Positions 1 to 9,618 of a stretch of DNA of 49,687 nt are shown here, one piece after another (within the stretch, counting starts at the first letter, position 1; each line of letters starts with the position of its first letter). The notes beneath the pieces were generated by a model. It saw only the letters and a list, made by a program, of their open reading frames with translations. It had not been told where the DNA came from and did not search any database. The position numbers and the translations under genes were made by a program. The DNA lies in the NCBI GenBank assembly GCA_946631895.1, contig CAMPAN010000004.1, positions 1-49,687 on the forward strand, read 5' to 3'. Source of the stretch: an uncultured Clostridia bacterium (GTDB lineage: Bacteria > Bacillota > Clostridia > Christensenellales > CAG-138).

Positions 1-1
1 G

Positions 2-3000
2 TGCGCCAAGGACGATTCCTTCCAGAATATCCTCAAGCGCCAGATCCGTTACCGTCACGTTGCCGCTGTTCGTTACGACCACCGTGTACGTGACCGTGTC
101 GCCGACCTTCACGCCGCTCGTCGGGGCTGCCGTCTTCTCGACCGTCAGCTCGGCTTCGACTGCTTCGGTGTGTACCGTATCGCTGGCTTTATAGTCTTTG
201 CCTTCCAACGTTGCGGTGACCGTGTTCGTGAAGCTGCCCGCTGCCATGTCGGCAGGCTTGATGACGTAGGTCGCCGTGGTGGTGACCGTCTCGCCGGGCT
301 GTACGTTCGTGAAGGTGCTCTGCGTAAGCGTCACGCCCGTGATCTCGGCGAGGGTGATCGTGACTTCCTTATCATAGATATTCTTGACGGTGATCGTGAA
401 CGTAACCGTCTCGCCTTCGGCATAGGTTGCATCGTCCGCCTTGCCGTCGTTCTTCGTTACGACCAGCGTCGGATTCGTCGGTTCGGTGACTGTCAGCGTG
501 CCGACCGTATCATTGATCGTGTAGTCGCTCTCGACCGCCGAGCCGTTCCAGTTCAGGGTGTACGTGTTGTCGCTCTCGCCAACCAGCGTCTGGCTGCCCG
601 TTACCGTGAACGTCGCGGTCTCGTTGTTCACGAATCCGTTAATGCTGCCGTCTGCCGTCAGAGCCGTGCCGTCATATTCCTTCTCGTCGCTTTCCGTTAC
701 GATCGTCAGCGTCGCAGGCGTTACCTTCAGAGTGCCTTCGTCCGTGGCGTCCTCATAGTTCGGGTTGGTCGCCTTCACCATGTAGGTGATCGTGCTCTCC
801 GCAACGTGCGTGATGCTCGGTGCCGTGGTGCTCCAGGTCTCGCCGTTATCGGTGCTGTACTGGATCGTCGTGCCCTCGGTCACGCTCGGGGTTGCGCCGC
901 CGTTGTGCGCGTTGCCGTCATAGACGTCCTCATAATCGACCGCCGTGACCGTCATGGTCGCCTTGGTGATCGTCAGTGAGCCGGGGTTGAAGGTCGGTTC
1001 TTCATAGAATTCCTTAACGTCCTTATTCTCGGCATTCACAATGGTGAACGTCGTGCCGAATGCACCGTTCTCATAGGTATCTACGTCCGTGCCGTGAGAC
1101 GGGGTATAGGTGATCGTCAGGATGTCGCCCTTACCGAGACCTTCAATCTTGTAATCGTCGGTCTCGATCGTTTCACCGGTACCGGTGATGGTAGCAACGA
1201 ACGAACGACCTTCCTGCTCGCTGCCGTCGTACACCTTTTCGATGGGCTTGACCGTGACGGTAAGTGTCGCCGCGGTGACCGTCAGGGTACCGAGTTCTTC
1301 CTTTATAGTATAGTTGTTCGATTTGACCGTGCCCCACGTGATCTCGTACGTGTTCTCGCTGTCGCCGACCTCGGTCTGACTGCCGGTTGCGGTGACGGTG
1401 ACAACGCTTTCATCCGCCGCAACGAGACCGGAAAGCGTCGCTTCGTCATTCGTCAGCGGCGTGCCGTCGTATGCCTTGCTGTCGCTGCCCGTGGTGACCG
1501 TCAGCTCTTTCGGGACGATCTCCAAGCGGCCGGGACGGACGTACAAGCTGACGCTGTAGTTGCCGCTGCCATTCGGCATCTGCGCAGACGTCAGATCCAG
1601 CGTGTAGGTATAGTCGCCGACGTCCTTTTCGTCTTCTACATAATATCCCAGACCTGCTGCAGCGCCCGAACGAACATTACTCAAGCCCTTAACCATCTCG
1701 ACAATATCATCGAGATATTCGGTGGCATAGCCCGCATGGCTGATCATGATGTACTTGTCCCAAGACATCTTGCCCGGGTTGGTGAAGCCGGTCAGATACT
1801 GTTCGCCGGTATACGGCGCGTTCGTCCAACGGTCGGGCTCAATACGAATCGTAACGTTGATCGCGGTGACTTCGAGCGTACCGTTGATGTAGCGAATCGT
1901 ATAATAATTCGCGTTTTGATGCGCCGGGGTGATCGTTGCGTTCTTCGGCGTGACCGTTGCGACGCCCGTGTTCAGGCGACCCATGGGATCGGTCGAATCG
2001 TGGTTCGCATAAGTGAACTCGATACCGGTCAGCGAATCGCCTTCCTTCAGACCGTCCACAATGACCTGGTCCGCGAGAGCCGCGGGCATCGTCAGCGCAG
2101 TGCCATCGTACGGCTTGCTGGCGCTGACGGCGGTGATGGTGACCTTCTTCTGATAATAGAGGGTAAAGGTCAGTCCGTCCGTCGCGTTCGCTTCCGTAAT
2201 CTTATAGGAAGAAACTGCCTCCGTGCCGCTGTACGCGGTGCCTTCGACCGCCTTGTTGAGCTCCCAGCCGGCGATCGGCGTGCGCGCCAAAGTAAAGGTC
2301 TTGCCGACCTTCAGGTGCTGCACATCCGCAGTCGCGATCGGAGTGCCGTCCATGTCGACGAAGTTGACCGTGACAATCGCGTTCTTGTAGCTCGAATAGT
2401 AGAACGTATAGACGTTGTTCTCTTCGATCGCCGTCAGAACGAAGGTCTTTTTGGACGCATCCGGGAAGAACTCGATGCCTTGGAGTTCGGGATGCGCCGC
2501 ATAGAGCGCCGTATAATCGACCGCCTTTGCAAGCTCGATGACGGATGCCGTGTCGCCGGGAACGTCATTGACCGTCTTTTCCTCCGCAACCGGGATATCA
2601 CCTGCGTACTCTTCCGGGTCGATGATGTATCTGACCTTGTAGCTGGTCTTATCGCCCTTTACTCTGTAGACAAAGGTGATCACGTTGTCTTCAACCGCAA
2701 GCTCGATCGTCTGCGTATCGGTCTCCGGACGGTAGCCCGCGACCGCGATCGCGGATTCCGTGATGCTCTGACCGACCGTGAAGTTCGGGTTGGAGACTTC
2801 CTTGTCCGGCGCGACCGCATTGCCGTCTTCATCCACATAGTGGACGACGTAGCTCAGCGTCGCGCGGGTCCAGTGCGCATAGACCGTGGTATTCGCCGTG
2901 ATCTGCATGCCGAAGTCAAACAGATCGTTGCCGTCCGCCGTGGTGTACCAGCCGTCGAAGACGTAGCCCGCCTTGGTGGGTGTGCCGGGGTTCGTCGCCT

Positions 3001-6000
3001 TCTTGTACTTTTCGACCGTCTGATCCGCAAACAGATTCGTCGAAGTGGCTTCACCGTCTACAAAGCTGACCGTGAAGCTCGGCGCCGTCCACTTGGCATA
3101 GACCACGAGGTTCGAAGCCGGCATCTTTGTAAATGTATACGGAACGGTCAGTCCGTCGTCTTCGTACCAACCTCCCCAGACATAGTCTGCGTCTACGCCA
3201 CACTGTGCCTGCGTCGGCGTCCAGACGTACGGGGACTTGTTAATATTCGCATCAAACGGAACGTCATTTATCGTATCGAGCAACTGACTTCTGTATTTAT
3301 AATCGATCTTATACGTCAGACGGTCGTAGTAGAAGCGATAATAATATACAAGATTGGTGCCGTTATAATTATTACGCCCATAACCATAATAATAATAATA
3401 CCAGTTACCATCTTTATAGTATTGTGTATCGCTGCTAAAGTCAGGAGTCTGTGTCCTGCGGTAATAACCATAATAACCTTGAGTAAACGTACCAGTACCA
3501 TACGAGGGCTCACAGCCGGATGGTGCGCTTGCGTCGCCGTTATGCTGCGTATAGCCGTTGATCTGCTTCGGATTGACGGGAGTATATACCGTCTGACTGA
3601 ATTCTTCAGATTTTACATACTTGCTTGTATCGTCCGGATCCTGCAGATAATATTCAACTTCGTAGCGTGTTGCGTTCTGTTGCCAAGCTACTTTGAACGT
3701 TTTTTCATGTGTCGTTTCATCTGCGCCGGAAATCAGGTTCGTATCAACTTCAAATCGTTTGGTAACAACTTCGCCTAAATTCCAAGTATGGTATACCCAA
3801 CCTGTTGAATCGCAAGTGACGTCCGTCGGCCACATCGGCGATACATCCTGTCCCAGCACGACATTTTCAATTCTGTACTGCTGATTCCGGTATGTGCCTC
3901 CGTTGATGCTGATCGTGCCATCTCGATAGCCATAGTAATAACTTCCACTATCGTATTCATACCCGTCTTGCACATCGAATATAAAGGTATAGCGAATCAG
4001 CTTGTAATATACCTTAAGCACCGTACTGCCGTCTGCCTTGATGACGACTTCACTTTCCTCACCGGTACCGCCGGAGGTTGCAGTGCCGTTTCTTTCATCG
4101 TCAAGTTCGTATCCGGTAGGCGTCGTTTCCAGTTTCGGCGCCGTTGCGGCATAAACAGTGGTACCGACTGTTCCTGTTGCCGTAGTACTGTTTTCATATA
4201 CCCATTCATTACCCGAGGCATTGTATTTTTCACGGATATAAATGATGGTGTAATTGACCGTCTTGCCTGCCCATTTTGCATACAGCGTGGTGTTGTCGTT
4301 GACGGTGACCGTGCTGCCCGCCGCCTCGGTCAATTCTTCATCCAGATACCAACCGTCGAAGTTATAACCTTCACGGGTCGGGACGGTGGAGGTGACCGCC
4401 TGCTCGGTGCCGTAAGGCACGGTGACGCCGCCGACGTAGGAACCGCCGTTGGTTTCGTAGGTCAGCTGGAAGTTCTTGCGGGTATAGTAGACATTCAGTT
4501 CCTGCTTCGGCTGACCGTCAATACCGGAGGTCGTGATGACTGCACCTTCCGCACGCTCAAGCGTTGCGTATGTAAAGGTCTTGACCGTCGGGGTGACGTA
4601 GCTGTTCAAAACGCCCTCAACGTCGCTCTCTCTGTCGATCTCGGTATAACCATTGCCGGTGAGATCCTTCAGCATGTATACAAAATCATAGACCGCCGTA
4701 TACGGAACGTACTTGACCCGGACCAGGCAATGCTTGTCATTGTCGAAATCGGATTCTATGACTTCAACCGTCGGCGTTTCCGGATAGTAGACCGGCGCGC
4801 CGGAGACCTCGGTGGGATCCGTCTTCGTCGTGGAGGGCGCCGTGATCGTATACGGCAGCTCGCTGTGTTCTACCTGCAGAAGTTCGGTGCTGAAGATGAC
4901 TTCACGGGAACTGCCGATATAGTAGTATTCCACCGTGATGTTATAAACATCGACGGTACGGAACTGCGCAACGGCGGTGATGTTGTCGTTGACGACCGTA
5001 TCCGCGGTAACGTCTTCGCCGGTTTTCTGATCGATCCACTTCTCGAAGATCTTGCCCTCGATGAAGGGATCCTGCGGCATGGTGCCGATGGCTTCGCCCG
5101 CGGTGCGGAAATACTGGGACAGGGTTTCGACCGGATCGCCGTTGTCATCGAGAATGACAAAGCGGACGTAGTATTCGTCCTTGAACTCCGCAATGATCTC
5201 CATATCGGAGGTAACCGGGGTGCCTGCGCTGATCGGTTGACCGTTGTATGTCCATTGCACAAATTCCTTGCCTTCGACCACGGGATCCGCGGGGAGGACA
5301 AGTTCATCGTTCTTATTATACTGCTCGGTCTTGTAGCTGCTGCCTTCCACCATGAAGACAACGATGAAGACGTTCTTCTCGTATACGGGCCAGACGTCCA
5401 GATTGCCGTCGACTGCATTCTCCTTCGCAGAGGTACGGTTGGAGAAATCGCCGCCTGCATAGACCCACTTGCCGAGGCTGCCCTGTACGGCAGGAACGGC
5501 GGGAATGTCGTTCAGGCAGTAGCTGGTGTCCGCCGTGACCGTCTTGGTGTCATGAACTGTGCTCTTTGTATCATCCGTATAGAAGGTGATGGTGTAGCTG
5601 ATCAGCGTATACTTCGGGATGTAGGACTCGTCTTCCGTGATGACGCGCTCCGCGTCGATCGGTTCGCCGTTGGTCCATTCCGTACCCTGACCACCCTGGC
5701 TTGCAATACCGACCGTCCAGATGCCGTTGTAGTCCTCACGGGCAGGGACCGCCGGAAGCTCGCCGAGCGCCGCGCCGTCATCGATCGTTCGGACTTCAAC
5801 AACGCCCTCGCCATCTCTTCCGCGGAAGGTGACGGTCCAGGTCTTGATGTACTCCGCGGTGACAGTCATGTCGGCTTCAACGATCGTTTCCGCCGTGACT
5901 TCCTCATTGCCGGACATCCATTTGTCGAAGCGATAGCCGTCAACTTCGGGCGCTGCCGGAAGCTCACCGATCGGTTTGCCGTTGCCAATCGTTCTGGTTT

Positions 6001-7321
6001 CAACGACCGTCTCGCCGCTCATGAACGTTACGGTACGCGTCTCGACATAGGTCGCGGTGACAGTCATGTCATCCGAAACGACGGTTTCCGCTGTGAATTC
6101 TTCTTCACCGGACATCCACTTGTCGAAGACATAGCCTTCCACTTCAGGCGCTGTCGGAAGCTCGCCGATCGCGCTGTTTTTGTTGACGTTGATGCTCTGG
6201 ATATCGCCGCCGTCCTTATCCTTGAACGTGACAATCCAGAAGTTCGACGTCACATGGAGCGTATAATCGGGCTTCGCATAGATCGTGTAGCTGCCGGCAC
6301 CTCTCCATGCGGTATGGTTGTCGCCTGCCGGATAATATGCACCGTCGTCTCTTTGAACCTTGAACTGCGCATCCGCAGGAAGATCGACCGTGATCATGTA
6401 CTCGTTTTCATTGTTCGGATTCTGAACGAGTTTATAAGCGTCGCTGAACTGCCAGTTGTTCATGTTTCCGACGAGATAGTAGCTGTATGCCTCCGGCTCG
6501 CCTTCCACATCAAAATTGACCGGCTCGCTGTTGAGTTTACCGACGAGAATGATCCGGGAGTAGGATGCAGTATCAAAGCTGCCGCCGCTCGCCGATGCGC
6601 TGGTCAACCGGGAATAACCGTCGCCGGACTTGCGATAGATGGCAAAAGCATCGCCCTCGAGCGTGCGGCTCGAAAGGTGAAAATGTACCGTACCGCTTGC
6701 CGGAGCGATTGCTCCGCCTTCCGCATCGGTGAACGAGATGCCGACAGCAACTGCGTCAACAGCGGACTCTCCGACCGCGTCCTTTGCCATTGCCAGCGCT
6801 GATTCGTCCGAGATCGCGGAAAGATGCATCTTCGTACCCTCGGGCAGGACGCCCTCCGGCGCGGATGCGATAACCGTTATATCATTGACACTCTCCTGGA
6901 AGGACTGTTCCGGGTATTTGATCTCTTCTTCCCCGTCTTCACCCTCCTGATCTTCGGGATCCTCGGGATTCTCAGGATCTTCCGGATTCTCCGGGTCCTC
7001 CGGATTCTCGGGATTCTCCGGATCTGCCGGATTCTCGGGATCTTCGGGGTTCTCCGGATCTTCGGGATTCTCCGGGTCCTGCGGATCGGTCGGAAGTCCC
7101 GGGTCGCCGGCCTGGTCGCCGGGGGTTTGCCCGTCGCCCGTGTCGCCGGTATCGCCGGATTCTTCGCTGCCGCCGTTGACTACGACCGTCTTGCTTCCGG
7201 TCGTATCTGCCGCAACGCTTTCGGCTACCGTTGCCAGCGGCAACAGCTGGAGCACCATAACGATCGCTACAACGATCGCAAGGGTGCGTCTGCCGAAGAG
7301 GATCTTGCTCAGTTTGGACAT
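2..7321 (-). CDS. Giant secreted/surface protein, 3'-truncated by the window edge (>=2440 aa): signal peptide, acidic PED/PEN linker, SusE/F-like CBM, InlB-B (Listeria-Bacteroides) repeats, MucBP-like, MBG-like and DUF11-like Ig repeats
   Basis: ATG at 7321 after GGAGG; starts MSKLSKILFGRRTLAIVVAIVMVLQLLPLATVA. Frame spot-checked at 7321, 3481 and 2-34, and the track lists no stop-terminated ORF in this frame. Motifs: PTREGYNFDGWY..LYAKW, PTKAGYVFDGWY..VYAHW, YVVHYVDEDGNAVAPD, SKAYDGTPLT, VKVGDTVTYTVVVTNSGNVT. Confidence 0.9.
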   Translation of the reverse strand, partial: MSKLSKILFGRRTLAIVVAIVMVLQLLPLATVAESVAADTTGSKTVVVNGGSEESGDTGDTGDGQTPGDQAGDPGLPTDPQDPENPEDPENPEDPENPADPENPENPEDPENPEDPENPEDPEDQEGEDGEEEIKYPEQSFQESVNDITVIASAPEGVLPEGTKMHLSAISDESALAMAKDAVGESAVDAVAVGISFTDAEGGAIAPASGTVHFHLSSRTLEGDAFAIYRKSGDGYSRLTSASASGGSFDTASYSRIILVGKLNSEPVNFDVEGEPEAYSYYLVGNMNNWQFSDAYKLVQNPNNENEYMITVDLPADAQFKVQRDDGAYYPAGDNHTAWRGAGSYTIYAKPDYTLHVTSNFWIVTFKDKDGGDIQSINVNKNSAIGELPTAPEVEGYVFDKWMSGEEEFTAETVVSDDMTVTATYVETRTVTFMSGETVVETRTIGNGKPIGELPAAPEVDGYRFDKWMSGNEEVTAETIVEADMTVTAEYIKTWTVTFRGRDGEGVVEVRTIDDGAALGELPAVPAREDYNGIWTVGIASQGGQGTEWTNGEPIDAERVITEDESYIPKYTLISYTITFYTDDTKSTVHDTKTVTADTSYCLNDIPAVPAVQGSLGKWVYAGGDFSNRTSAKENAVDGNLDVWPVYEKNVFIVVFMVEGSSYKTEQYNKNDELVLPADPVVEGKEFVQWTYNGQPISAGTPVTSDMEIIAEFKDEYYVRFVILDDNGDPVETLSQYFRTAGEAIGTMPQDPFIEGKIFEKWIDQKTGEDVTADTVVNDNITAVAQFRTVDVYNITVEYYYIGSSREVIFSTELLQVEHSELPYTITAPSTTKTDPTEVSGAPVYYPETPTVEVIESDFDNDKHCLVRVKYVPYTAVYDFVYMLKDLTGNGYTEIDRESDVEGVLNSYVTPTVKTFTYATLERAEGAVITTSGIDGQPKQELNVYYTRKNFQLTYETNGGSYVGGVTVPYGTEQAVTSTVPTREGYNFDGWYLDEELTEAAGSTVTVNDNTTLYAKWAGKTVNYTIIYIREKYNASGNEWVYENSTTATGTVGTTVYAATAPKLETTPTGYELDDERNGTATSGGTGEESEVVIKADGSTVLKVYYKLIRYTFIFDVQDGYEYDSGSYYYGYRDGTISINGGTYRNQQYRIENVVLGQDVSPMWPTDVTCDSTGWVYHTWNLGEVVTKRFEVDTNLISGADETTHEKTFKVAWQQNATRYEVEYYLQDPDDTSKYVKSEEFSQTVYTPVNPKQINGYTQHNGDASAPSGCEPSYGTGTFTQGYYGYYRRTQTPDFSSDTQYYKDGNWYYYYYGYGRNNYNGTNLVYYYRFYYDRLTYKIDYKYRSQLLDTINDVPFDANINKSPYVWTPTQAQCGVDADYVWGGWYEDDGLTVPYTFTKMPASNLVVYAKWTAPSFTVSFVDGEATSTNLFADQTVEKYKKATNPGTPTKAGYVFDGWYTTADGNDLFDFGMQITANTTVYAHWTRATLSYVVHYVDEDGNAVAPDKEVSNPNFTVGQSITESAIAVAGYRPETDTQTIELAVEDNVITFVYRVKGDKTSYKVRYIIDPEEYAGDIPVAEEKTVNDVPGDTASVIELAKAVDYTALYAAHPELQGIEFFPDASKKTFVLTAIEENNVYTFYYSSYKNAIVTVNFVDMDGTPIATADVQHLKVGKTFTLARTPIAGWELNKAVEGTAYSGTEAVSSYKITEANATDGLTFTLYYQKKVTITAVSASKPYDGTALTMPAALADQVIVDGLKEGDSLTGIEFTYANHDSTDPMGRLNTGVATVTPKNATITPAHQNANYYTIRYINGTLEVTAINVTIRIEPDRWTNAPYTGEQYLTGFTNPGKMSWDKYIMISHAGYATEYLDDIVEMVKGLSNVRSGAAAGLGYYVEDEKDVGDYTYTLDLTSAQMPNGSGNYSVSLYVRPGRLEIVPKELTVTTGSDSKAYDGTPLTNDEATLSGLVAADESVVTVTATGSQTEVGDSENTYEITWGTVKSNNYTIKEELGTLTVTAATLTVTVKPIEKVYDGSEQEGRSFVATITGTGETIETDDYKIEGLGKGDILTITYTPSHGTDVDTYENGAFGTTFTIVNAENKDVKEFYEEPTFNPGSLTITKATMTVTAVDYEDVYDGNAHNGGATPSVTEGTTIQYSTDNGETWSTTAPSITHVAESTITYMVKATNPNYEDATDEGTLKVTPATLTIVTESDEKEYDGTALTADGSINGFVNNETATFTVTGSQTLVGESDNTYTLNWNGSAVESDYTINDTVGTLTVTEPTNPTLVVTKNDGKADDATYAEGETVTFTITVKNIYDKEVTITLAEITGVTLTQSTFTNVQPGETVTTTATYVIKPADMAAGSFTNTVTATLEGKDYKASDTVHTEAVEAELTVEKTAAPTSGVKVGDTVTYTVVVTNSGNVTVTDLALEDILEGIVLGA
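5859..6172 (-). repeat. Intragenic tandem duplication with 198-bp (66-aa) period; two InlB-B-like units
   Basis: GTGACAGTCATGTC...CCGGACATCCA.TTGTCGAAG...GGAAGCTC.CCGATCG begins at both 5859 and 6057; peptide IGELPxAPEVxGYxFDKWMSGxEExTAETxVxxDMTVTAxY. Confidence 0.85.
6950..7088 (-). repeat. 9-bp-period coding repeat, (PED/PEN)n acidic linker
   Basis: Translates as DPQDPENPEDPENPEDPENPADPENPENPEDPENPEDPENPEDPED. Confidence 0.9.
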
Positions 7322-7436
7322 GTTTTTTTCCTCCGTTACTGTAGTCTTGGTTGCTATCTCTTATAAGTAATTTCTTCCTGAATTTTCCGGAAGGCATACC
7401 GATACCCATAGCATGTGTATGATAATATCCTTGCTA

Positions 7437-7465
7437 ATTATAAAGGAAAACATCAAGAAATGCAA
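7437..7465 (-). promoter_or_regulatory. Sigma-A-type promoter for the giant surface protein gene
   Basis: TTGCAT (7465-7460)-N17-TATAAT (7442-7437) on the minus strand, within AT-rich DNA. Confidence 0.7.
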
Positions 7466-7675
7466 GCGAAAAAAAAGCGAAATAATAAATAAATTTTGGT
7501 AAATATGTTCAATCTACCGTCTAGGCCACAAGATATAGTATCTAAAATATCTAAAATGCGAAATGTGGAAAATATATTATTTTTGTATACGGAAAGTTCC
7601 GGCTTTTGGGGCTTATAAACCCCGATCCTGCCGGTTATGAAGTCCGGCTGCAGCGCCGCTTTACCATGCTGGATC

Positions 7676-7850
7676 GGTCTGTTGGTGCAAGAAACTTGCT
7701 CTGTTAGGAGCGCGAAAAAGTGTTCCGTCGGACACGAAGAAGTGTTCTGTCGAGCAAAAAAAGAGTGTTGTCGAACACGAAAAACGTTCCGTCGGATACG
7801 AAAAACGTTCTGTCGGACACGAAAAAGAGTTCTGTCGGGCACGAAAAAAG
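7676..7850. repeat. Degenerate intergenic tandem array: 6 clear and about 2 decayed units of 21-22 bp, consensus YGTTCYGTCGGACACGAAAAA
   Basis: Clear units begin at about 7721, 7743, 7766, 7785, 7806 and 7829; there are no unique spacers. Confidence 0.85.
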
Positions 7851-7868
7851 AACGGTTTCCCGTTCTTT
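7844..7868 (-). terminator. Intrinsic terminator of parAB
   Basis: AAAGAACGG-tttc-CCGTTCTTT hairpin with a T-tract on the minus strand, just after the parB stop. Confidence 0.75.
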
Positions 7869-7885
7869 CTATGCCTGATATTCGG

Positions 7886-8743
7886 TTATTCGTTTCCGAC
7901 GATCGTGCGATAGATGCGGTCAAGATCCTCGCGCGAGTAGTAATGGATAATCAGCTTGCCCTTGTCCTCGCTGCCCTGCACGGAGACCTTGGTGCCGAGC
8001 TCGGCACGCATACGGTGCATGGCGTTGCGGAATTCCGGGGTCGGCTCCGGCTTTTCCTTCTTCTTGCGCTTGGGCATTTCCGCGAACCGCAGCTCGTCTT
8101 CGAGACGCCGCACGGACCAGTCGCCCTCGACGCATTTCTCCGCAAGCTCCATCTGGATCCGCGGATCTCCGACGCCCGCGAGCATCTTGCCGTGTCCCGC
8201 CGAGAGCTTACCGTCCTTGACCATTTTCTGCACGGATTTTGCAAGCGTCAGAAGGCGCAGCGCGTTTGCGATCGCCGGACGACTCTTGCCGACGCGCTCG
8301 GAAACCTCCTCCTGCGTGAGGTCGTGCTGCTCCATCAGCAGCTTGATCGCCGCCGCTTCTTCGATCGGGTTCAGGTTCTCGCGCTGAATGTTTTCGACGA
8401 GCGAAATCTCCATCACGGCGCTTTCGTCGATGTCCGTTACAACCACCGGAACCTTCATCAGACCCGCCTGCCGTGCAGCACGGTATCTGCGCTCGCCCGC
8501 TACGATCGTATAACGTGCGCCGTTTTTCTTGACGAGGATCGGCTGCACGACGCCGTGACGCTTGACCGACGCCGCAAGCTCCGAGAGCTTTTCCGGGTCA
8601 AACGTCTTGCGCGGCTGATTGGGATTCGTGTCGATGTCGTACAGATCGACTTCCAATTTGCCCTGTTTCTGCTCCTGCGGGTCTTCGATTTCGTCCAGCA
8701 GCGCGTCCAGACCGCGCCCGAGACCTTTATTCTTGACTGCCAT
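7886..8743 (-). CDS. parB: Chromosome partitioning protein ParB/Spo0J
   Basis: [12 protein letters not shown]-terminus, NPNQPRK, GERRYRA arginine patch, [17 protein letters not shown]. Confidence 0.97.
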   Translation of the reverse strand: MAVKNKGLGRGLDALLDEIEDPQEQKQGKLEVDLYDIDTNPNQPRKTFDPEKLSELAASVKRHGVVQPILVKKNGARYTIVAGERRYRAARQAGLMKVPVVVTDIDESAVMEISLVENIQRENLNPIEEAAAIKLLMEQHDLTQEEVSERVGKSRPAIANALRLLTLAKSVQKMVKDGKLSAGHGKMLAGVGDPRIQMELAEKCVEGDWSVRRLEDELRFAEMPKRKKKEKPEPTPEFRNAMHRMRAELGTKVSVQGSEDKGKLIIHYYSREDLDRIYRTIVGNE

Positions 8744-9509
8744 ATGATTCCTCCCGTGCGATAAATTCTTCTGCCAGATTGGTATACGCCTTTGCCCCGA
8801 TGTTGCGCGAATCGTACAGCGTGATCGGCAATCCGTGGCTCGGCGCCTCGCTCATGCGAACCGAACGCGGAATGATGGTGTTATACACCTTTTCCCGGAA
8901 ATACTTCTTGACTTCCTCAACAACCTGCACGCACAGATTCAGACGCGACGAAAACATCGTAAGGACGACGCCCTGAATGTCGAGCCTGCCGTTCAGATTG
9001 CGGCGCACGAGCTTGACCGTGTTCATCAGCTGCGACAACCCTTCGAGCGCGTAATATTCGCATTGTATCGGCACAAGAAGGGAATCCGATGCGGTCAGCG
9101 CGTTCAGCGTCAGCAAACCGAGCGACGGCGGACAATCGACAAAGATATAGTCGTATCGGTCCCTGATCGGCTCGAGTACCTGTTTGAGACGCATTTCTCG
9201 CGCCATCATAGACACGAGCTCCACTTCCGCACCGGCAAGCTCAATGCGCGACGGGAGAACGTCCAACTTTTCGATCATCGTCGGACGGATCGCTTCCGCT
9301 GCCGGAACATCGTCGATCAGCACGTCATAGCTGCACGGAAACTCCTTCTTCTTCGTGACGCCGAGACCGCTGGTGCTGTTTCCCTGCGGATCGAGGTCCA
9401 CAAGCAGGACGCGTTTGCCCTTCTGCGCGACACATGCGCTCAGATTGATCGCGGTCGTCGTCTTTCCGACGCCGCCTTTTTGATTCGTAATTGAAATGAC
9501 CTTTCCCAT
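8727..9509 (-). CDS. parA: Chromosome partitioning ATPase ParA/Soj
   Basis: [11 protein letters not shown] deviant Walker [23 protein letters not shown]; overlaps parB. Confidence 0.97.
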   Translation of the reverse strand: MGKVISITNQKGGVGKTTTAINLSACVAQKGKRVLLVDLDPQGNSTSGLGVTKKKEFPCSYDVLIDDVPAAEAIRPTMIEKLDVLPSRIELAGAEVELVSMMAREMRLKQVLEPIRDRYDYIFVDCPPSLGLLTLNALTASDSLLVPIQCEYYALEGLSQLMNTVKLVRRNLNGRLDIQGVVLTMFSSRLNLCVQVVEEVKKYFREKVYNTIIPRSVRMSEAPSHGLPITLYDSRNIGAKAYTNLAEEFIAREESYGSQE

Positions 9510-9529
9510 AACCGCTCCTTTACCGATCC

Positions 9530-9558
9530 ATTATATCGTAGCGTTCGATTATTTGCAA
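9530..9558 (-). promoter_or_regulatory. Sigma-A promoter of parAB
   Basis: TTGCAA-N17-TATAAT on the minus strand, followed by AAGGAG and the ATG. Confidence 0.75.
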
Positions 9559-9581
9559 GCCCGTTCCTGCATTTTTAACAA

Positions 9582-9597
9582 TGTTTCACGGGAAACA
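9582..9597. promoter_or_regulatory. parS: parS site, 1 mismatch
   Basis: TGTTTCACGGGAAACA versus consensus TGTTTCACGTGAAACA. Confidence 0.88.
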
Positions 9598-9618
9598 TTT
9601 TTCTGCACGTCCCCTGCA

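Noticed and set aside
3300-3500. Complete diversity-generating retroelement
   Set aside because: No reverse transcriptase or template repeat in the window; kept only as a hypothesis to test.
170-6802. Long plus-strand ORFs 170-979, 1094-3778 and 3968-6802
   Set aside because: Antisense shadows of the giant minus-strand gene; Arg/Val-rich with no recognisable motifs.
7676-7850. CRISPR array
   Set aside because: The units abut with no unique spacers, and there are no cas genes in the window.
7453-7923. 156-aa minus-strand ORF and 7637-8764 plus-strand ORF crossing the tandem array
   Set aside because: They overlap parB and its terminator and lack an RBS; the periodic peptides simply reflect the DNA repeat.
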